DNA of 64,000 nucleotides from an uncultured Chloracidobacterium sp. (GTDB taxonomy: Bacteria; Acidobacteriota; Blastocatellia; Pyrinomonadales; Pyrinomonadaceae), in the NCBI GenBank assembly GCA_964543865.1, contig CAZIZR010000010.1:15111-79110 (forward strand). Reading direction: 5' to 3'. The position numbers were made by a program, and so were the translations under genes. This document shows positions 38,907 through 49,939 of this stretch, piece by piece. The notes under the pieces are model-generated. The model did not search any database, was not told the origin of the DNA, and saw only the letters and a list, made by a program, of their open reading frames with translations. Within the stretch, counting starts at the first letter, position 1; each line of letters begins with the position of its first letter.

Positions 38907-39878
38907 TTACTGTATCTCGACCCAGTCGCCCGTATGTATCTCTTGAGCATTGCGGGTGATTACGACGGTCGCGGTCCGTTCTTTTACATTGATAACGACC
39001 GCTTCGCCGACGACTTTGCGAAGAAATGGGCGCCCCTCTTTTGCCATGGCAGTTGTGACCTCTTTGCCATCAGCCTTTTCACCGGATTTGCGTGAAGATT
39101 GATTTGAGAATTTTCCGCCGGCATATACATCACTCGGATAACCATAGCTCTTTGAGCCGATCGATTCTTTGGTTGGGTTTAGAGTGATGTTCCCTTTGCC
39201 CAGCGGACGAAATACGGTCAGTTTGTCACCGACGTTTACATTGTCTTCGGACCCGAGATCGACATATACGATAAAATCGCGGGCGATCATCTCGACGTTG
39301 TCGCGAGCCATGATGACGCGGCCTGTTGATTTGCCCGACGGATCGCCAAACACATCAAAACTACGTGCTGACTGGTCAACGGGAGCGTTGCGTTTGTTGA
39401 TAAGCTGAACCAGATCACCAAGCAAAAAGCTGTCACACGACGATTTGATGCGGGCGACCGAAACTTCGTCGTTCACCTTAACGACCTCAAGAGCACCGAC
39501 CTCCTGGACGTAAGATCCCAGATCACCTTTCTTTGACCATTTGCTCTTTACACTGCCGCGTGGACGGATGACGGCAAATACATCGCCGACATTTACGCCC
39601 TTGTTTCGGCCCATGTTTATGTATAGAAAATCGTTTTGTTTGTAATTGTATCGGTCGGCCTCATCATTGCTGCCAACGATCTTGTTTTCCGTGCTCACGG
39701 CACTCGTCTGGATATAGCCCGCACAATACAGATTTGCACCGCTCGCGACCGGCTTTGGATCCGTCGACCGGCCATCGGTAACGGCGGGCATATTCTGCGC
39801 TGCTGCTGAAACTGCAAACAAGATCACGAAGATGAGAGACAATACTGTTCGCTCGATAATAAGCTTTTGAAAATTCAC
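38907..39878 (-). CDS. Hypothetical secreted protein with repeated V.VGD..xV.RP beta-rich units
   Basis: Signal peptide. Units VNVGDVFAVIRPRG, VNVGDKLTVFRPLG and IHTGDWVEIQ. No family recognised. Confidence 0.5.
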   Translation of the reverse strand: MNFQKLIIERTVLSLIFVILFAVSAAAQNMPAVTDGRSTDPKPVASGANLYCAGYIQTSAVSTENKIVGSNDEADRYNYKQNDFLYINMGRNKGVNVGDVFAVIRPRGSVKSKWSKKGDLGSYVQEVGALEVVKVNDEVSVARIKSSCDSFLLGDLVQLINKRNAPVDQSARSFDVFGDPSGKSTGRVIMARDNVEMIARDFIVYVDLGSEDNVNVGDKLTVFRPLGKGNITLNPTKESIGSKSYGYPSDVYAGGKFSNQSSRKSGEKADGKEVTTAMAKEGRPFLRKVVGEAVVINVKERTATVVITRNAQEIHTGDWVEIQ

Positions 39879-40114
39879 GATTTTCTCCTTGGTTGGCCCT
39901 GAACGAGCCTTTTTGAACTATTTGAAAACTAAAATGGGAACAAAACCTCGCCGGTTAACAGGCAGGTACATATAATTGTAGCCTGTTTGTGAGAAAAGCG
40001 TCAACACTTTTGTGCATTGTTAAACGTTTGAATTGCACCCTCTGATTTGGACACTGGCTAAGGGTTTTGCTAGTATTTTGGTTTGCGGTCAGCCGTTTGC
40101 GGTGAACCATATCA

Positions 40115-40190
40115 GCCACCTTAGCTCAGTTGATAGAGCAACTGATTTGTAATCAGTAGGTCGTCGGTTTGAGTCCGACAGGTGGCTCCA
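40115..40190 (+). tRNA. tRNA-Thr (anticodon UGU), CCA encoded
   Basis: Acceptor GCCACCT/AGGTGGC, D-arm AGCTCAGTTGATAGAGC, anticodon stem ACTGA/TCAGT with loop TTTGTAA, T-arm GTCGGTTTGAGTCCGAC, then TCCA. Confidence 0.9.
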
Positions 40191-40251
40191 TACTTTGATA
40201 ATGGGCTTCGGCAACCGTGCCGAAGCCTTTTTGTTCAAATATCACTTTGAT

Positions 40252-41076
40252 ATGAGCCAACTTGAGCAATTCAGACATGACGGCTTTCTTGTCATTGAGG
40301 GCTTTAACTCTGCGGCCGAGTGTGACGCTCTGATGGCTCGCGCGGCTGAGCTGTCCGGCGGCTTTGACTATCAGGGACATCCGTCCGTATTTCAAACCTC
40401 AGAACAAACACGCACCAGCGACGATTACTTTCTCGCGTCGGGTGACAAGATATCTTTCTTTTTTGAAAAAGACGCCTTTGACGCGGACAGCAACCTAAAA
40501 AACTCTATCGAGCTCTCGCTCAATAAGATCGGCCATGCTTTGCACGATCTGGACCCGATCTACGATGGCTTTTCGCGTTCACCGCAGATGAAAAGATTGG
40601 CGGCCGAGCTTGATCTCGCCGACGCTCTGCTGATCCAGAGCATGCACATTTTCAAGCACGCCTCGATCGGCGGAGAGGTTGATGTGCATCAGGACTCGAC
40701 ATTTTTGTACACCGAACCGCGATCGTGTGTCGGATTTTGGTTCGCCTTAGAGGACGCAACCGTCGATAACGGCTGTCTGTGGGCAAAGCCCGGTGGACAC
40801 AAAACCACGCTGCGATCAAGGTTTTGCCGCGCCGAAACGGGCGGCACGCGGTTTGAGATTTTAGATGCCTCACCGCTCGATCTCGCGGATATGGTCCCGC
40901 TTGAGGTAAAAAAAGGAGCGTGTATCGTGCTCGACGGGCTGCTGCCGCACTACAGCCTGCCAAACACCAGCGACCGCTCACGACAGGCTTATGCGATCCA
41001 CACAATAAACCGCCACGCCCACTACCCTGTGGAAAACTGGCTGCATCGAGACCTCGCCGGCCTCGCTCCGATCTAA
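40252..41076 (+). CDS. Phytanoyl-CoA dioxygenase (PhyH) family Fe(II)/2-oxoglutarate oxygenase
   Basis: FRHDGFLVIEGF, HQDSTF (HxD), FWFALEDATVDNGCLW, late histidine in LPHYS. Confidence 0.8.
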   Translation: MSQLEQFRHDGFLVIEGFNSAAECDALMARAAELSGGFDYQGHPSVFQTSEQTRTSDDYFLASGDKISFFFEKDAFDADSNLKNSIELSLNKIGHALHDLDPIYDGFSRSPQMKRLAAELDLADALLIQSMHIFKHASIGGEVDVHQDSTFLYTEPRSCVGFWFALEDATVDNGCLWAKPGGHKTTLRSRFCRAETGGTRFEILDASPLDLADMVPLEVKKGACIVLDGLLPHYSLPNTSDRSRQAYAIHTINRHAHYPVENWLHRDLAGLAPI

Positions 41077-41277
41077 TGCGGGCATTATAAAAGTCAATCT
41101 TTTCAACGATCTAGCGGCAAAAAATTCATTTACAACATTAAGTAAATTGTGTATTCTGTTGGTTAAATTTTGCGACGCGCGCAAAATTTGCAACTCAACA
41201 CCGTAAATTTACATCTTTTCTTCCGGTCAAAAGATCGGCCTATTTCAGATTCACATATCAGTTTTGCCGGAGGGTTT

Positions 41278-42030
41278 ATGCCGTTAGGAATCAGATCTAT
41301 TCGTTTTATCATCTCGTTGCTGCTCACCGGACTGCTTGCTGCGACCGCATTTGCAGATACCGTCCGGCTTAAGGACGGCAGCATTATCAAGGGCAAGATC
41401 ATGAGCTTTGACAACGGTAAATTTGTCGTCGTCATTGGCGAGGGATCGCGCCGCCGCGAGCTGACATTTATGGTATCTGAGATCGAATCGATACAGTTTG
41501 ATTCGCCCGCGACCAATCCGCAAAATACCTCGCCCTCGGCACGTCCCGCTTCGTACAAAGACCCGGTCGTAACATCGCCTCAGGTCAAGGTGATCACGTC
41601 GGACACGACCGTCCCGCAAACGCGCCCGGATAATAACGGAGGCAAGCTAAAACCTATCGCCTGGACCGTCAAAGTGCTGGCTGATAACACCTCAAACGGC
41701 TGGACAAATTCGGGCTGGGTCGTCAAAAAAGGCCAGCGGATACGGATCTCTGGCGATGGCAAGGTCTCGCTTGGCAAAGGCAAAACAACGACGGCAGCGG
41801 GGGACTACGCGCTCGAAGACAATCAAAAGCTGTTAAAGAACGTAGCAACCGGTGCTCTGCTCGCAGTGATCGGCGATGACAATAATGATTTCATCTACGT
41901 CGGAGCCGAGCGTGAATTTGTCGCAACCCGCGACGGTGCCCTATTTTTGGGCATCAATGAGGGCAACCTGGACGACAACTCAGGCTCGCTCAACGTTAAG
42001 ATCGAAATAATCCCTGACGGCGGCAATTAG
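41278..42030 (+). CDS. Secreted protein with LecA/PA-IL-like C-terminal domain (tentative)
   Basis: Signal peptide. C-terminus GALLAVIGDDNNDFIYVGAEREFVATRDGALFLGINEGNLDDNSGSLNVKIEI. Confidence 0.45.
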   Translation: MPLGIRSIRFIISLLLTGLLAATAFADTVRLKDGSIIKGKIMSFDNGKFVVVIGEGSRRRELTFMVSEIESIQFDSPATNPQNTSPSARPASYKDPVVTSPQVKVITSDTTVPQTRPDNNGGKLKPIAWTVKVLADNTSNGWTNSGWVVKKGQRIRISGDGKVSLGKGKTTTAAGDYALEDNQKLLKNVATGALLAVIGDDNNDFIYVGAEREFVATRDGALFLGINEGNLDDNSGSLNVKIEIIPDGGN

Positions 42031-42162
42031 ACTGACCGTTAATATTAGATGAGATCTCGGTTCTTAATTGGCCGGGATCTTTTTATTTGCTTGATTTTAA
42101 CCAACTAAACACGGACAATCGGTATCTAATACTGCAAAGGCTACCAAAGCAAGGAAACATAT

Positions 42163-43422
42163 ATGCTGTCTTTCTCTGTCAATCGTTCGTTGTTCGCATC
42201 GTTGATACTTACGATGTCTCTTTTTGTCTTTGCTTCCCCAAATCTAGCTCAATCAAAGCCTCAAAAACCGACGACAACACCCGGCGATGGAAAAAAGAAC
42301 GGTCGCCCGACTCCTATGACCGAAGAGGAGATAAAGCGGGCTGAGGAAGCAAAAAAACGTGCCGAAGAGGAAAAGAACGCGATCATTGACGACACGATCG
42401 AAAAGGTCGATACCAATATCGTTAGTGTCGATGCCGTAGTCTATAACAAAAAAACGGGTCAGATCATCACAGGGCTAAAGAAAGAAAATTTTGCGATCTT
42501 TGAAAACGGCATTCAGCAAAACATCGCTAGCTTTGCAACGCCCGAATCGCCGATCACCGTGACGCTGGTCGTGGAATTTAGCAAATGGAGCGAGGTATTT
42601 GGAAGAGCATCGGGAGGATATTTTGAACCTGGCACCTACGAGGTCATTAGGCCTGTCGCCGGATTTGTATCCAAATTTATCAAACCGCCAAATGACTATG
42701 CATCGATAATCGCTTTTGATTTGCGGCCAACTCCGATCACAGATTTCACTAACGATCCGGCACGGCTAAATGCTGCAGTCAATATACTTCTTAAAAATCA
42801 GCCTGCTTTCCGCGAGAATAACCTGTTTGATTCGCTCAAGTTTGCTCTTGTGGGCGGACGCGGCGATTCTGTCGTACTTGAGGATTCAAAATCTGAGAAG
42901 GCCGATTACGGAGGCATGGCCGACGTAAAGTCTAAACGAAGGGCGATCATACTTGTCGCATCGGGCATCGACTCTTTCAGCAAGATCAACTATGACCAGA
43001 TCCGCCGGATCATCCAAGAAGCTGGAGTACCGATTTACATCATCAGCACCGGCAACCTGTTTTACAAAAAGTATGAGATGTATCTTGGGGCGACCGACAG
43101 CATTTCCGGCATGCCCGGGCGGCTGACATTTTTGCAGGCGCAGAACACGATGAATACGTTTGCAACCGAATCCGGCGGCGTCCATTTCCCGATGACATTT
43201 GAGGGCGAGGTTCCCGGCATATTGAATAACATCAACACCATGCTTAGAAACCAATATTCTCTGGCGTACGATCTAGCCGATGGCCATGAACCCGGCAAAA
43301 AATACAAAATCGAGGTCAAGGTGGATATTGATGGCGATGGCCAGTACGACAATAAGATGCTGGTCGTTCAGCACAAGCCATTTTATTCAACCCCTAAAAA
43401 GGACGATAAGAAAAAGAAATAG
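42163..43422 (+). CDS. VWFA-related acidobacterial-type domain protein (TIGR03436-like)
   Basis: IVSVDAVVYNKKTGQIITGLKKENFAIFENGIQQNIASF, then a VWA-like region (AIILVASGIDS). Confidence 0.75.
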   Translation: MLSFSVNRSLFASLILTMSLFVFASPNLAQSKPQKPTTTPGDGKKNGRPTPMTEEEIKRAEEAKKRAEEEKNAIIDDTIEKVDTNIVSVDAVVYNKKTGQIITGLKKENFAIFENGIQQNIASFATPESPITVTLVVEFSKWSEVFGRASGGYFEPGTYEVIRPVAGFVSKFIKPPNDYASIIAFDLRPTPITDFTNDPARLNAAVNILLKNQPAFRENNLFDSLKFALVGGRGDSVVLEDSKSEKADYGGMADVKSKRRAIILVASGIDSFSKINYDQIRRIIQEAGVPIYIISTGNLFYKKYEMYLGATDSISGMPGRLTFLQAQNTMNTFATESGGVHFPMTFEGEVPGILNNINTMLRNQYSLAYDLADGHEPGKKYKIEVKVDIDGDGQYDNKMLVVQHKPFYSTPKKDDKKKK

Positions 43423-43532
43423 TTTGAGTTGATTTTTTTTGGGAAATCAATGATGAACGAGTCCCATATCGTTCATCATTTTTGTTTGTTTAGATGTGCG
43501 GCATCTGATAGGTTATTAGGTTGATCTGAGAA

Positions 43533-45413
43533 ATGAGCAGAAACATCATAGACAGCTATAAAAAGAAACTTGCCGCCGAAGAGGGCTATGTGACGGCACG
43601 CGCCGCCGATCTGCGGATCGCTCTGTGCTATCCAAATACTCACTCGATCGGCATGGCAAACCTCGGGCTGCACACGATGTATGAGCTTTTTAACGCCATC
43701 CCCGGTGTCGCCTGCGAACGTGTCTTCCTACCCGACACCGCCGAACTCAAAGAGTACGAACGCACCCGCACAACCCTGATGTCGCTCGAGACACAGTCGC
43801 GGGTAAAAGATTTTGATGTCGTCGCTTTCTCGATCTCGTTCGAGACCGATTACCTCAACATGGCAAAGATGCTGCAGCTTTCGGGCATCCCTGTCTGGTC
43901 AAAAGACCGTACACATTTTGACCCGCTCGTCATCATGGGCGGTGCCGCATCCTTTCTAAACCCCGAACCGATCGCCGATTTTACCGATGTCATCGCCGTG
44001 GGCGAGGGTGAAATACTTGCACACCAATTGATCGACGCGATCTTTGAAAACGAGACAAAGGACGAGATATTGCTGGCTCTCGCACAGATCGGACGCGGGT
44101 TTTATGTGCCGTCGCTTTACGACGTGATCTATAACGACGACGGGACCGTGTTTGATTACCTGCCAAACGAAAAAGGTGTTCCCAAACGTGTCGGCCGAGC
44201 CTTAGCGTCGGTAAATCCAAAAGAAGGCACACTCCGCCGGGCGATGAAACGCGGCGAGAAAGATCTGGCTGAGTTCCTCGTTAATCAGGATACCTTTTGT
44301 CCTTCGACGGCGATCTGGTCTCCCGAAGCCGAGATGGGCGACCGGCTATTAGTAGAAATTTCTCGCGGATGTTCGCAGGGCTGTCGATTCTGCTGGGCTG
44401 GTTACAACTACTATCCGCCGCGAGTCGTCCCTGCCAAAGACATTCTGGCCAAGGCACGCGAGTGGCGGCACAAAACAAACAAGATCGGCCTCGTCTCGAC
44501 CGCTGTCTGCGACCATCCTGAGATCTCAACCATCCTGCGCGAACTACGGGCGATGGACTATCGTATTTCGGTATCGTCGCTTCGGCTGGATCAGATCTCG
44601 GAAGAACTGCTTGATGCTTTGGTCGCCTCGCGCGATCAGCAGATCGCCGTTGCACCGGAAACCGGCAGTGACCGTCTGCGGCGTGTCATTAACAAAAATC
44701 TGACCAACGACGAGATCGTCGATATCTGCGGTGCCGTTTTTGACCGCGGGATGCTGACCGTCAAGCTCTATATGATGGTGGGTTTGCCTACCGAGACGCA
44801 AGAAGATCTCGATGAGATGTTCGTGTTGGTCGAGCGGATCAAGGACCGGATGCTTGAGGCCGGCATAAAGATCGGGCGTGCGGGCAAGATCATCCCGTCA
44901 CTAAACGGATTTGTGCCAAAGCCCAACACGCCGCTCCAATGGGATGCGATATGCGATGAAAGAGAGCTAAAAAAGCGGATCAAATACGTCTGCAAAGGGC
45001 TGAGCAAGATACCCAATGTCGAGGTACGTTTTATGTCCTCGCGCATCGCCCACGAACAGGCTCTTTACTCATCCGGTGACCGGACAGTTGCGGCGGCGAT
45101 CGATGCTGCGGCGCGCAACGGCGGCGATCTGGACCGCGCATTACGCGAAACGGGCATCGACGCGGCCTTTCACACTTCGCGTGACCGCAGTTATGATGAA
45201 TTTTTGCCGTGGTCAATAGTCGATTCGGGCCTTTCTTTCGAATTTTTGAAGACCGAACATGAAAAGGCCCGAGAGTCGCTCTCGAGCCTTCCGTGTCCTG
45301 CGGTTGAAAAGTGTACGACGTGCGGCGTTTGCCCAAGCACCTGGCTTGCTGACGCACCCGAAGCCCTTGTAAATATACAGCCTCTAAAGATCCGCGAGCT
45401 ACTCGCGGTCTAA
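43533..45413 (+). CDS. Radical SAM protein with N-terminal B12-binding-like domain (TIGR03960-like)
   Basis: CSQGCRFC (CxxxCxxC), N-terminal ALCYPNTHSIGMANLGLHTMY. Confidence 0.8.
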   Translation: MSRNIIDSYKKKLAAEEGYVTARAADLRIALCYPNTHSIGMANLGLHTMYELFNAIPGVACERVFLPDTAELKEYERTRTTLMSLETQSRVKDFDVVAFSISFETDYLNMAKMLQLSGIPVWSKDRTHFDPLVIMGGAASFLNPEPIADFTDVIAVGEGEILAHQLIDAIFENETKDEILLALAQIGRGFYVPSLYDVIYNDDGTVFDYLPNEKGVPKRVGRALASVNPKEGTLRRAMKRGEKDLAEFLVNQDTFCPSTAIWSPEAEMGDRLLVEISRGCSQGCRFCWAGYNYYPPRVVPAKDILAKAREWRHKTNKIGLVSTAVCDHPEISTILRELRAMDYRISVSSLRLDQISEELLDALVASRDQQIAVAPETGSDRLRRVINKNLTNDEIVDICGAVFDRGMLTVKLYMMVGLPTETQEDLDEMFVLVERIKDRMLEAGIKIGRAGKIIPSLNGFVPKPNTPLQWDAICDERELKKRIKYVCKGLSKIPNVEVRFMSSRIAHEQALYSSGDRTVAAAIDAAARNGGDLDRALRETGIDAAFHTSRDRSYDEFLPWSIVDSGLSFEFLKTEHEKARESLSSLPCPAVEKCTTCGVCPSTWLADAPEALVNIQPLKIRELLAV

Positions 45414-45821
45414 TTACTGCTTTAACAAAAACCCGGTCGGCGTCGCCGTATGGTCAAATTTGTAAGTATATTTGTACATACCAAACGGCAAGATATTGAC
45501 CTCTTTTGAATAAGTAACGTGCGCTGTCAGGGCATTGCCTGCCTGCTTGACGTCAACAACGGCATCTGCCGGAATGTCATTTGTCACGATCGCTTTGGCG
45601 ATACGGGCCTTTACGTTATCGACCGGATTGAGTTTGCCTGATATTGCCAGTCCCTGCAGCACAGCCGTGCTCATCTCAGTTTTAAGGCTCTCTGCGTTAT
45701 ACGCGACCGGAACATAATTCAACAGTGCGTTACCAAACAGAATGAGGGCAACCAATATGACCACAAATTTTACGCCTGCACTGCCGCGTTCGGCTTCGCG
45801 ATTTCTTGCAAAAATATTCAT
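45414..45821 (-). CDS. Hypothetical membrane-anchored protein
   Basis: 135 aa with a single N-terminal TM helix (VKFVVILVALILFGNALL). No family recognised. Confidence 0.45.
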   Translation of the reverse strand: MNIFARNREAERGSAGVKFVVILVALILFGNALLNYVPVAYNAESLKTEMSTAVLQGLAISGKLNPVDNVKARIAKAIVTNDIPADAVVDVKQAGNALTAHVTYSKEVNILPFGMYKYTYKFDHTATPTGFLLKQ

Positions 45822-45854
45822 TATTGTTAACTCCGTAATTAAAAGGGCTAAAAG

Positions 45855-47021
45855 TTAGGCCCATTTAATAAGAAGCTTTTTGAGAACGGACCTGATAGTA
45901 GATAGCGGGATATCTGTCTGCGTGCGGATCAGCGGTTTACCTATGCCCTTTAATAGCACCATTTGCAGCGATCCTGACAGATTTTTTTTGTCAAACCTAA
46001 ACGCCTCAAAAACTTCTTGGCTGTTAATGTTTGCAAGTGGCGGCAGGGAACCGACACGATGCAAAACATCGTATAACAAGTTTACATCTTTTTCGTCAAT
46101 TAGTGCAAGAGATTTCGACATCTCGGCGGCAAACAAAATACCGTATCCGACAGCTTCGCCGTGCCTAAGATATTTGTAATCAGTAACCTTTTCAAGTGCG
46201 TGTGCGAACGTATGTCCAAAGTTGAGTATTTTGCGAGATCTGGCATCAAGCCGGTTTGACGATTCGCGTTCGTCACCGGTGACGATCGCGGCTTTGAACG
46301 CAATGTTTTCCGATATCAAATTTGAAATCGCAGATCTGAAATGTTGGTCATTTTGATGATTCGAATGATCTTTGATCGGAAAATCGGTGAGGAATCTGCC
46401 GGTCTGCTTTAACAGAGCCTTTCCACTTATTGCTCCATGTTTTATCGCCTCGCAAAATCCGGCAGTGAGTTCCCTCTCTGGCAGGGTTAGTAGTGTCGCT
46501 GGATCGATCAGAACGCCGGCTGGCTGGTGAAACGCACCGACCCTGTTTTTGCCGAACGGAGAATTAACACCTGTCTTTCCGCCGACCGACGAATCGATCA
46601 TCGCAAGAAACGTCGTCGGTATCTGCAAAAACGGGATCCCGCGTAAATAGACCGCGGAAGCAAAGCCCGCGAGGTCACCCACGACTCCGCCGCCGAGAGC
46701 TACGACGGCATCTGTGCGGGCGAGTCCAGCTTCTGAAAAATATCTTAGTGCGGCCTCGGTCGAGCGCAGGTCTTTATATCGCTCGCCATCTTTCATTAGG
46801 AAATGTGTCACCTTAAAGCCGGCCGAGGTAAGGCTTTCGACGGTTTGTTGGCCATACAATTTGAAGATGGTCGGGTTTGAGACAACGACGATCTTTGCGG
46901 CATTTTTTCCAAAACACTTTCGTGCCCACTTACCACAATCAGAGAGCAGATCGTGGCCGATCTTGACGGTGTAGCTCGCCGACGGAGCGGAAAATTTTAT
47001 CTTTATACGATCAGATGCCAT
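45855..47021 (-). CDS. aroB: 3-dehydroquinate synthase
   Basis: GGGVVGDLAGFASAVYLRGIPFLQIPTT and DSSVGGKTGVN, plus metal-binding histidines. Confidence 0.92.
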   Translation of the reverse strand: MASDRIKIKFSAPSASYTVKIGHDLLSDCGKWARKCFGKNAAKIVVVSNPTIFKLYGQQTVESLTSAGFKVTHFLMKDGERYKDLRSTEAALRYFSEAGLARTDAVVALGGGVVGDLAGFASAVYLRGIPFLQIPTTFLAMIDSSVGGKTGVNSPFGKNRVGAFHQPAGVLIDPATLLTLPERELTAGFCEAIKHGAISGKALLKQTGRFLTDFPIKDHSNHQNDQHFRSAISNLISENIAFKAAIVTGDERESSNRLDARSRKILNFGHTFAHALEKVTDYKYLRHGEAVGYGILFAAEMSKSLALIDEKDVNLLYDVLHRVGSLPPLANINSQEVFEAFRFDKKNLSGSLQMVLLKGIGKPLIRTQTDIPLSTIRSVLKKLLIKWA

Positions 47022-47030
47022 CTATTGATC

Positions 47031-48371
47031 CTACCCGAGCACCCTGTCGATGGTATCGGCAAGGCGTCCGGCCAAAGCCTCGATCACGGCTTGATCTTTG
47101 CCTTCGATCATCACGCGGGCGAGATTTTCGGTGCCCGAATAGCGGAGCAACAACCGTCCGGTGCCGTCTAATTCATATTCGACCTGTTTTGCGGCCGAGG
47201 CGATCTCGGGCACCTCATCAAAGGGACGCTTTTCTGAGACTTTTACGTTCTTAAGTATCTGCGGATATTGAATAAATCCTTTTGCGGCCTGCGAAAGCGA
47301 AACCCCCGTTTCGATCATCGCACGCAGCAGTAACAGGGCCGTCATCATACCGTCGCCGACTAAGCTGATCTCCGGGAAAATGATATGTCCTGATTGCTCT
47401 CCGCCGATCTCAGATCCCGTTTTGAGCAGAGCGTCAAGCACATATTTGTCGCCGACATCCGCCCGCATTAGCTCAACACCCCGCGATCTGAGTGCAACTT
47501 CGAGCCCAAGATTGCTCATTACCGTTGCAACGACGGTCGAGTTGGCAAGTTTGCCATGACTTTTCAGATACTCCGAAAGTATCCACAACGTCGCATCACC
47601 GTCAATGACCTTTCCCGTCTCATCGACAAAGAGCGCACGGTCCGCGTCACCGTCAAAGGCAACGCCTAGATCTGCATTCTCTGCAACCACCCTAGCTTGA
47701 AGATGTCCCAGATGGAGAGAGCCGCAATTTTCGTTGATGTTGCGGCCGTCCGGCTGGTCGTGGATCGCTACAACTTCGGCCCCGAGCCCGGCAAAAAGAC
47801 CTGATGCAAACGCCGACGCCGCCCCATTTGCACAATCGATCACTATCTTAAGGCCTACAGCCGAGAGTCCGGGAACATTCACTTTCAGATGATCGATATA
47901 GTTCGCACAAAACTCGTCCGTCCGGCTCATATTGATATCGACAAGATTGGCCTCACTTTCAATTGCCGAAAATATATCTTCTTCGATACGGCTCTCGATC
48001 TCATGACCGATCTTTTTGCCGTCCGGCAGAAAGATCTTGATGCCGTTGTCGTAATACGGATTGTGCGAAGCGCTGATGACGATACCGGCATCAAAGCCAA
48101 ACTCACTGGTCAGATACGCGACGCCAGGCGTTGTTACTACTGCCGCCGATTCGCACGTAGCTCCCTCTGATACGGCTCCTGCATGAAATGCCCGCTCGAT
48201 CCAACCGCCCGATTCCCGCGTATCCCGCCCGGTAATGAACCTGGGAACACGCCCAAGTGACGCGGTAAAATGCCGAGCAAGCGATGCACCGATAGTCCTA
48301 ACGGTTTTCTCATCGAGCGGAAACTCTCCGGCAAGTGCACGGATACCGTCTGTCCCAAAAAGCTTTCCCAT
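47031..48371 (-). CDS. glmM: Phosphoglucosamine mutase
   Basis: MGKLFGTDGIRA, active-site GIVISASHNPYYDNGIKIF, DGDADR. Confidence 0.95.
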   Translation of the reverse strand: MGKLFGTDGIRALAGEFPLDEKTVRTIGASLARHFTASLGRVPRFITGRDTRESGGWIERAFHAGAVSEGATCESAAVVTTPGVAYLTSEFGFDAGIVISASHNPYYDNGIKIFLPDGKKIGHEIESRIEEDIFSAIESEANLVDINMSRTDEFCANYIDHLKVNVPGLSAVGLKIVIDCANGAASAFASGLFAGLGAEVVAIHDQPDGRNINENCGSLHLGHLQARVVAENADLGVAFDGDADRALFVDETGKVIDGDATLWILSEYLKSHGKLANSTVVATVMSNLGLEVALRSRGVELMRADVGDKYVLDALLKTGSEIGGEQSGHIIFPEISLVGDGMMTALLLLRAMIETGVSLSQAAKGFIQYPQILKNVKVSEKRPFDEVPEIASAAKQVEYELDGTGRLLLRYSGTENLARVMIEGKDQAVIEALAGRLADTIDRVLG

Positions 48372-48583
48372 ATTACACAGTGAAAAATGCCTAAAAGTGT
48401 AATTTATACCTTACCGTGAGAGCGGACACAATTACGCAAATTCCATAATCAATGCTTATAGATGCAATAAATTTTTCGAAAATGGTTGACAACGGCCTAT
48501 CGTTTGAGCGAATCTTATAGCTGTTGGGCATAAGTTGACCTAAGAACTTGCACACCGGACCGCCTCTCCGTAGCAACCATCAT

Positions 48584-49858
48584 ATGAAAAAATTAGTCTT
48601 TCTAAGCTTTACCGTCACTATTTTTTCCAGCCTGTCGGCTTTTTCGCAGTCAACGCTGATGCAGCCTATACCAACGCCACCAAGGGTCATTGTTACAAAC
48701 ACTATCCCGCAAACTCAGCCTGTGCGAACACCGACGCCCGTGCCGCGTCCCGCCGCAACGCCGATCATAGTCGGTGGGTCGATGGGCGGATCGCCGACTG
48801 CCGGGCAATCAAGCAATCTTAATTACAAAGGCCTCAGCTTCGCACAGATCAAATCAAAGCTCGCCGAGGCGCGGCGTTATCTGTCAGGGCGTCCGTTGAC
48901 TATCGCATCGAGCGATCCAACCAGTCCGGCGATTGCCCAGACGAGCATTATCCGCGTTGCTTTTTACGACAACAAGACGCGGCAGATGGATTCGTATGTG
49001 CTGACCAAGGATCAGTTTCTCGCGCACGGATTGGCGACAGTTGTGGTCACGGAAAATGGCAAGCAGTATATATCGAGGACTATCCGAGGTAACGGTGTAA
49101 ACACGCCGCTTGTCATCACCGATCAAAGCGGGCACGAGCATCTGCCGTTGATGGTCCAATATCCGCGTGAGACGCGCGGCGTGATGACAGAGATGGCATA
49201 TTACGTGTCGAGCCACCCGCAATTGACGACGCCTGAAATCGTCAACGCCGGACGATTTTACGTTCGCAATACAATCGACGTCGCCCGCGAACAGCTCAAA
49301 GCCAAAGGCTTTTATATCCAGCCAAAGATCGCCGACATTGCCGAGCGTCTTGCGACGGTCGAGCATGTCGACCAGTTGAGGTTTCGCACCGAGTTTCATC
49401 CAAATATCTACAACGATATCTTTACGCTTTATGCATTGAACGAGGGCCAGACTTATCGCTACTCTGTCAGCGTGGCCGGCGCGGGCGGCATGGTACAAAT
49501 GATCGCTCCGACGTATCGAGCGGTCCGTGCAAGACACCCCAACGCCGCGCTGATGCCCGATTTTGTCGAGGGCATGCGCAATCACGTCAATGCATCGCAG
49601 GCGATGCTGCTCTATATGCAAATGACATGGAACGAACTCGCTGCCAACCCAACTATCTCGAACGCGATGGCAACGGGCATCGCCACACAAGAACAGCTAA
49701 TGGCCGCGGGTTATAATTCGAACCCGGTAAAGCTCGCGAAGTATATTGATCGCGGAGGGGCTGGTTGGACCTATCTAATACCTCGCGAGACACAGATATA
49801 TTTGCAGGTCTTCTCGTCGCTCGAACGGGCCGTGCCACTAACGCCGAGAAAACAGTAG
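48584..49858 (+). CDS. Secreted protein, C-terminal region possibly SLT-like lytic transglycosylase
   Basis: Signal peptide after ATG 48584. SVAGAGGMVQMIAPTY resembles the SLT S.AGA.GLMQ motif. Confidence 0.45.
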   Translation: MKKLVFLSFTVTIFSSLSAFSQSTLMQPIPTPPRVIVTNTIPQTQPVRTPTPVPRPAATPIIVGGSMGGSPTAGQSSNLNYKGLSFAQIKSKLAEARRYLSGRPLTIASSDPTSPAIAQTSIIRVAFYDNKTRQMDSYVLTKDQFLAHGLATVVVTENGKQYISRTIRGNGVNTPLVITDQSGHEHLPLMVQYPRETRGVMTEMAYYVSSHPQLTTPEIVNAGRFYVRNTIDVAREQLKAKGFYIQPKIADIAERLATVEHVDQLRFRTEFHPNIYNDIFTLYALNEGQTYRYSVSVAGAGGMVQMIAPTYRAVRARHPNAALMPDFVEGMRNHVNASQAMLLYMQMTWNELAANPTISNAMATGIATQEQLMAAGYNSNPVKLAKYIDRGGAGWTYLIPRETQIYLQVFSSLERAVPLTPRKQ

Positions 49859-49939
49859 GTCAATAGATTTTGGGGGAAATAAAGAGGTTCGAAAGAACCT
49901 CTTTTCATTTTGGTCCGGTCCGGATCAAGATGGACCAAG

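Noticed and set aside
39879-41100. Integrated element at tRNA-Thr
   Set aside because: There is no integrase and no repeat of the tRNA 3' end downstream. The adjacent PhyH gene has host-like composition.
48884-49690. 268-aa minus-strand ORF
   Set aside because: It is antisense to the signal-peptide-bearing 48584..49858 gene. It is Arg/Cys/His-rich shadow-frame sequence with no motifs.
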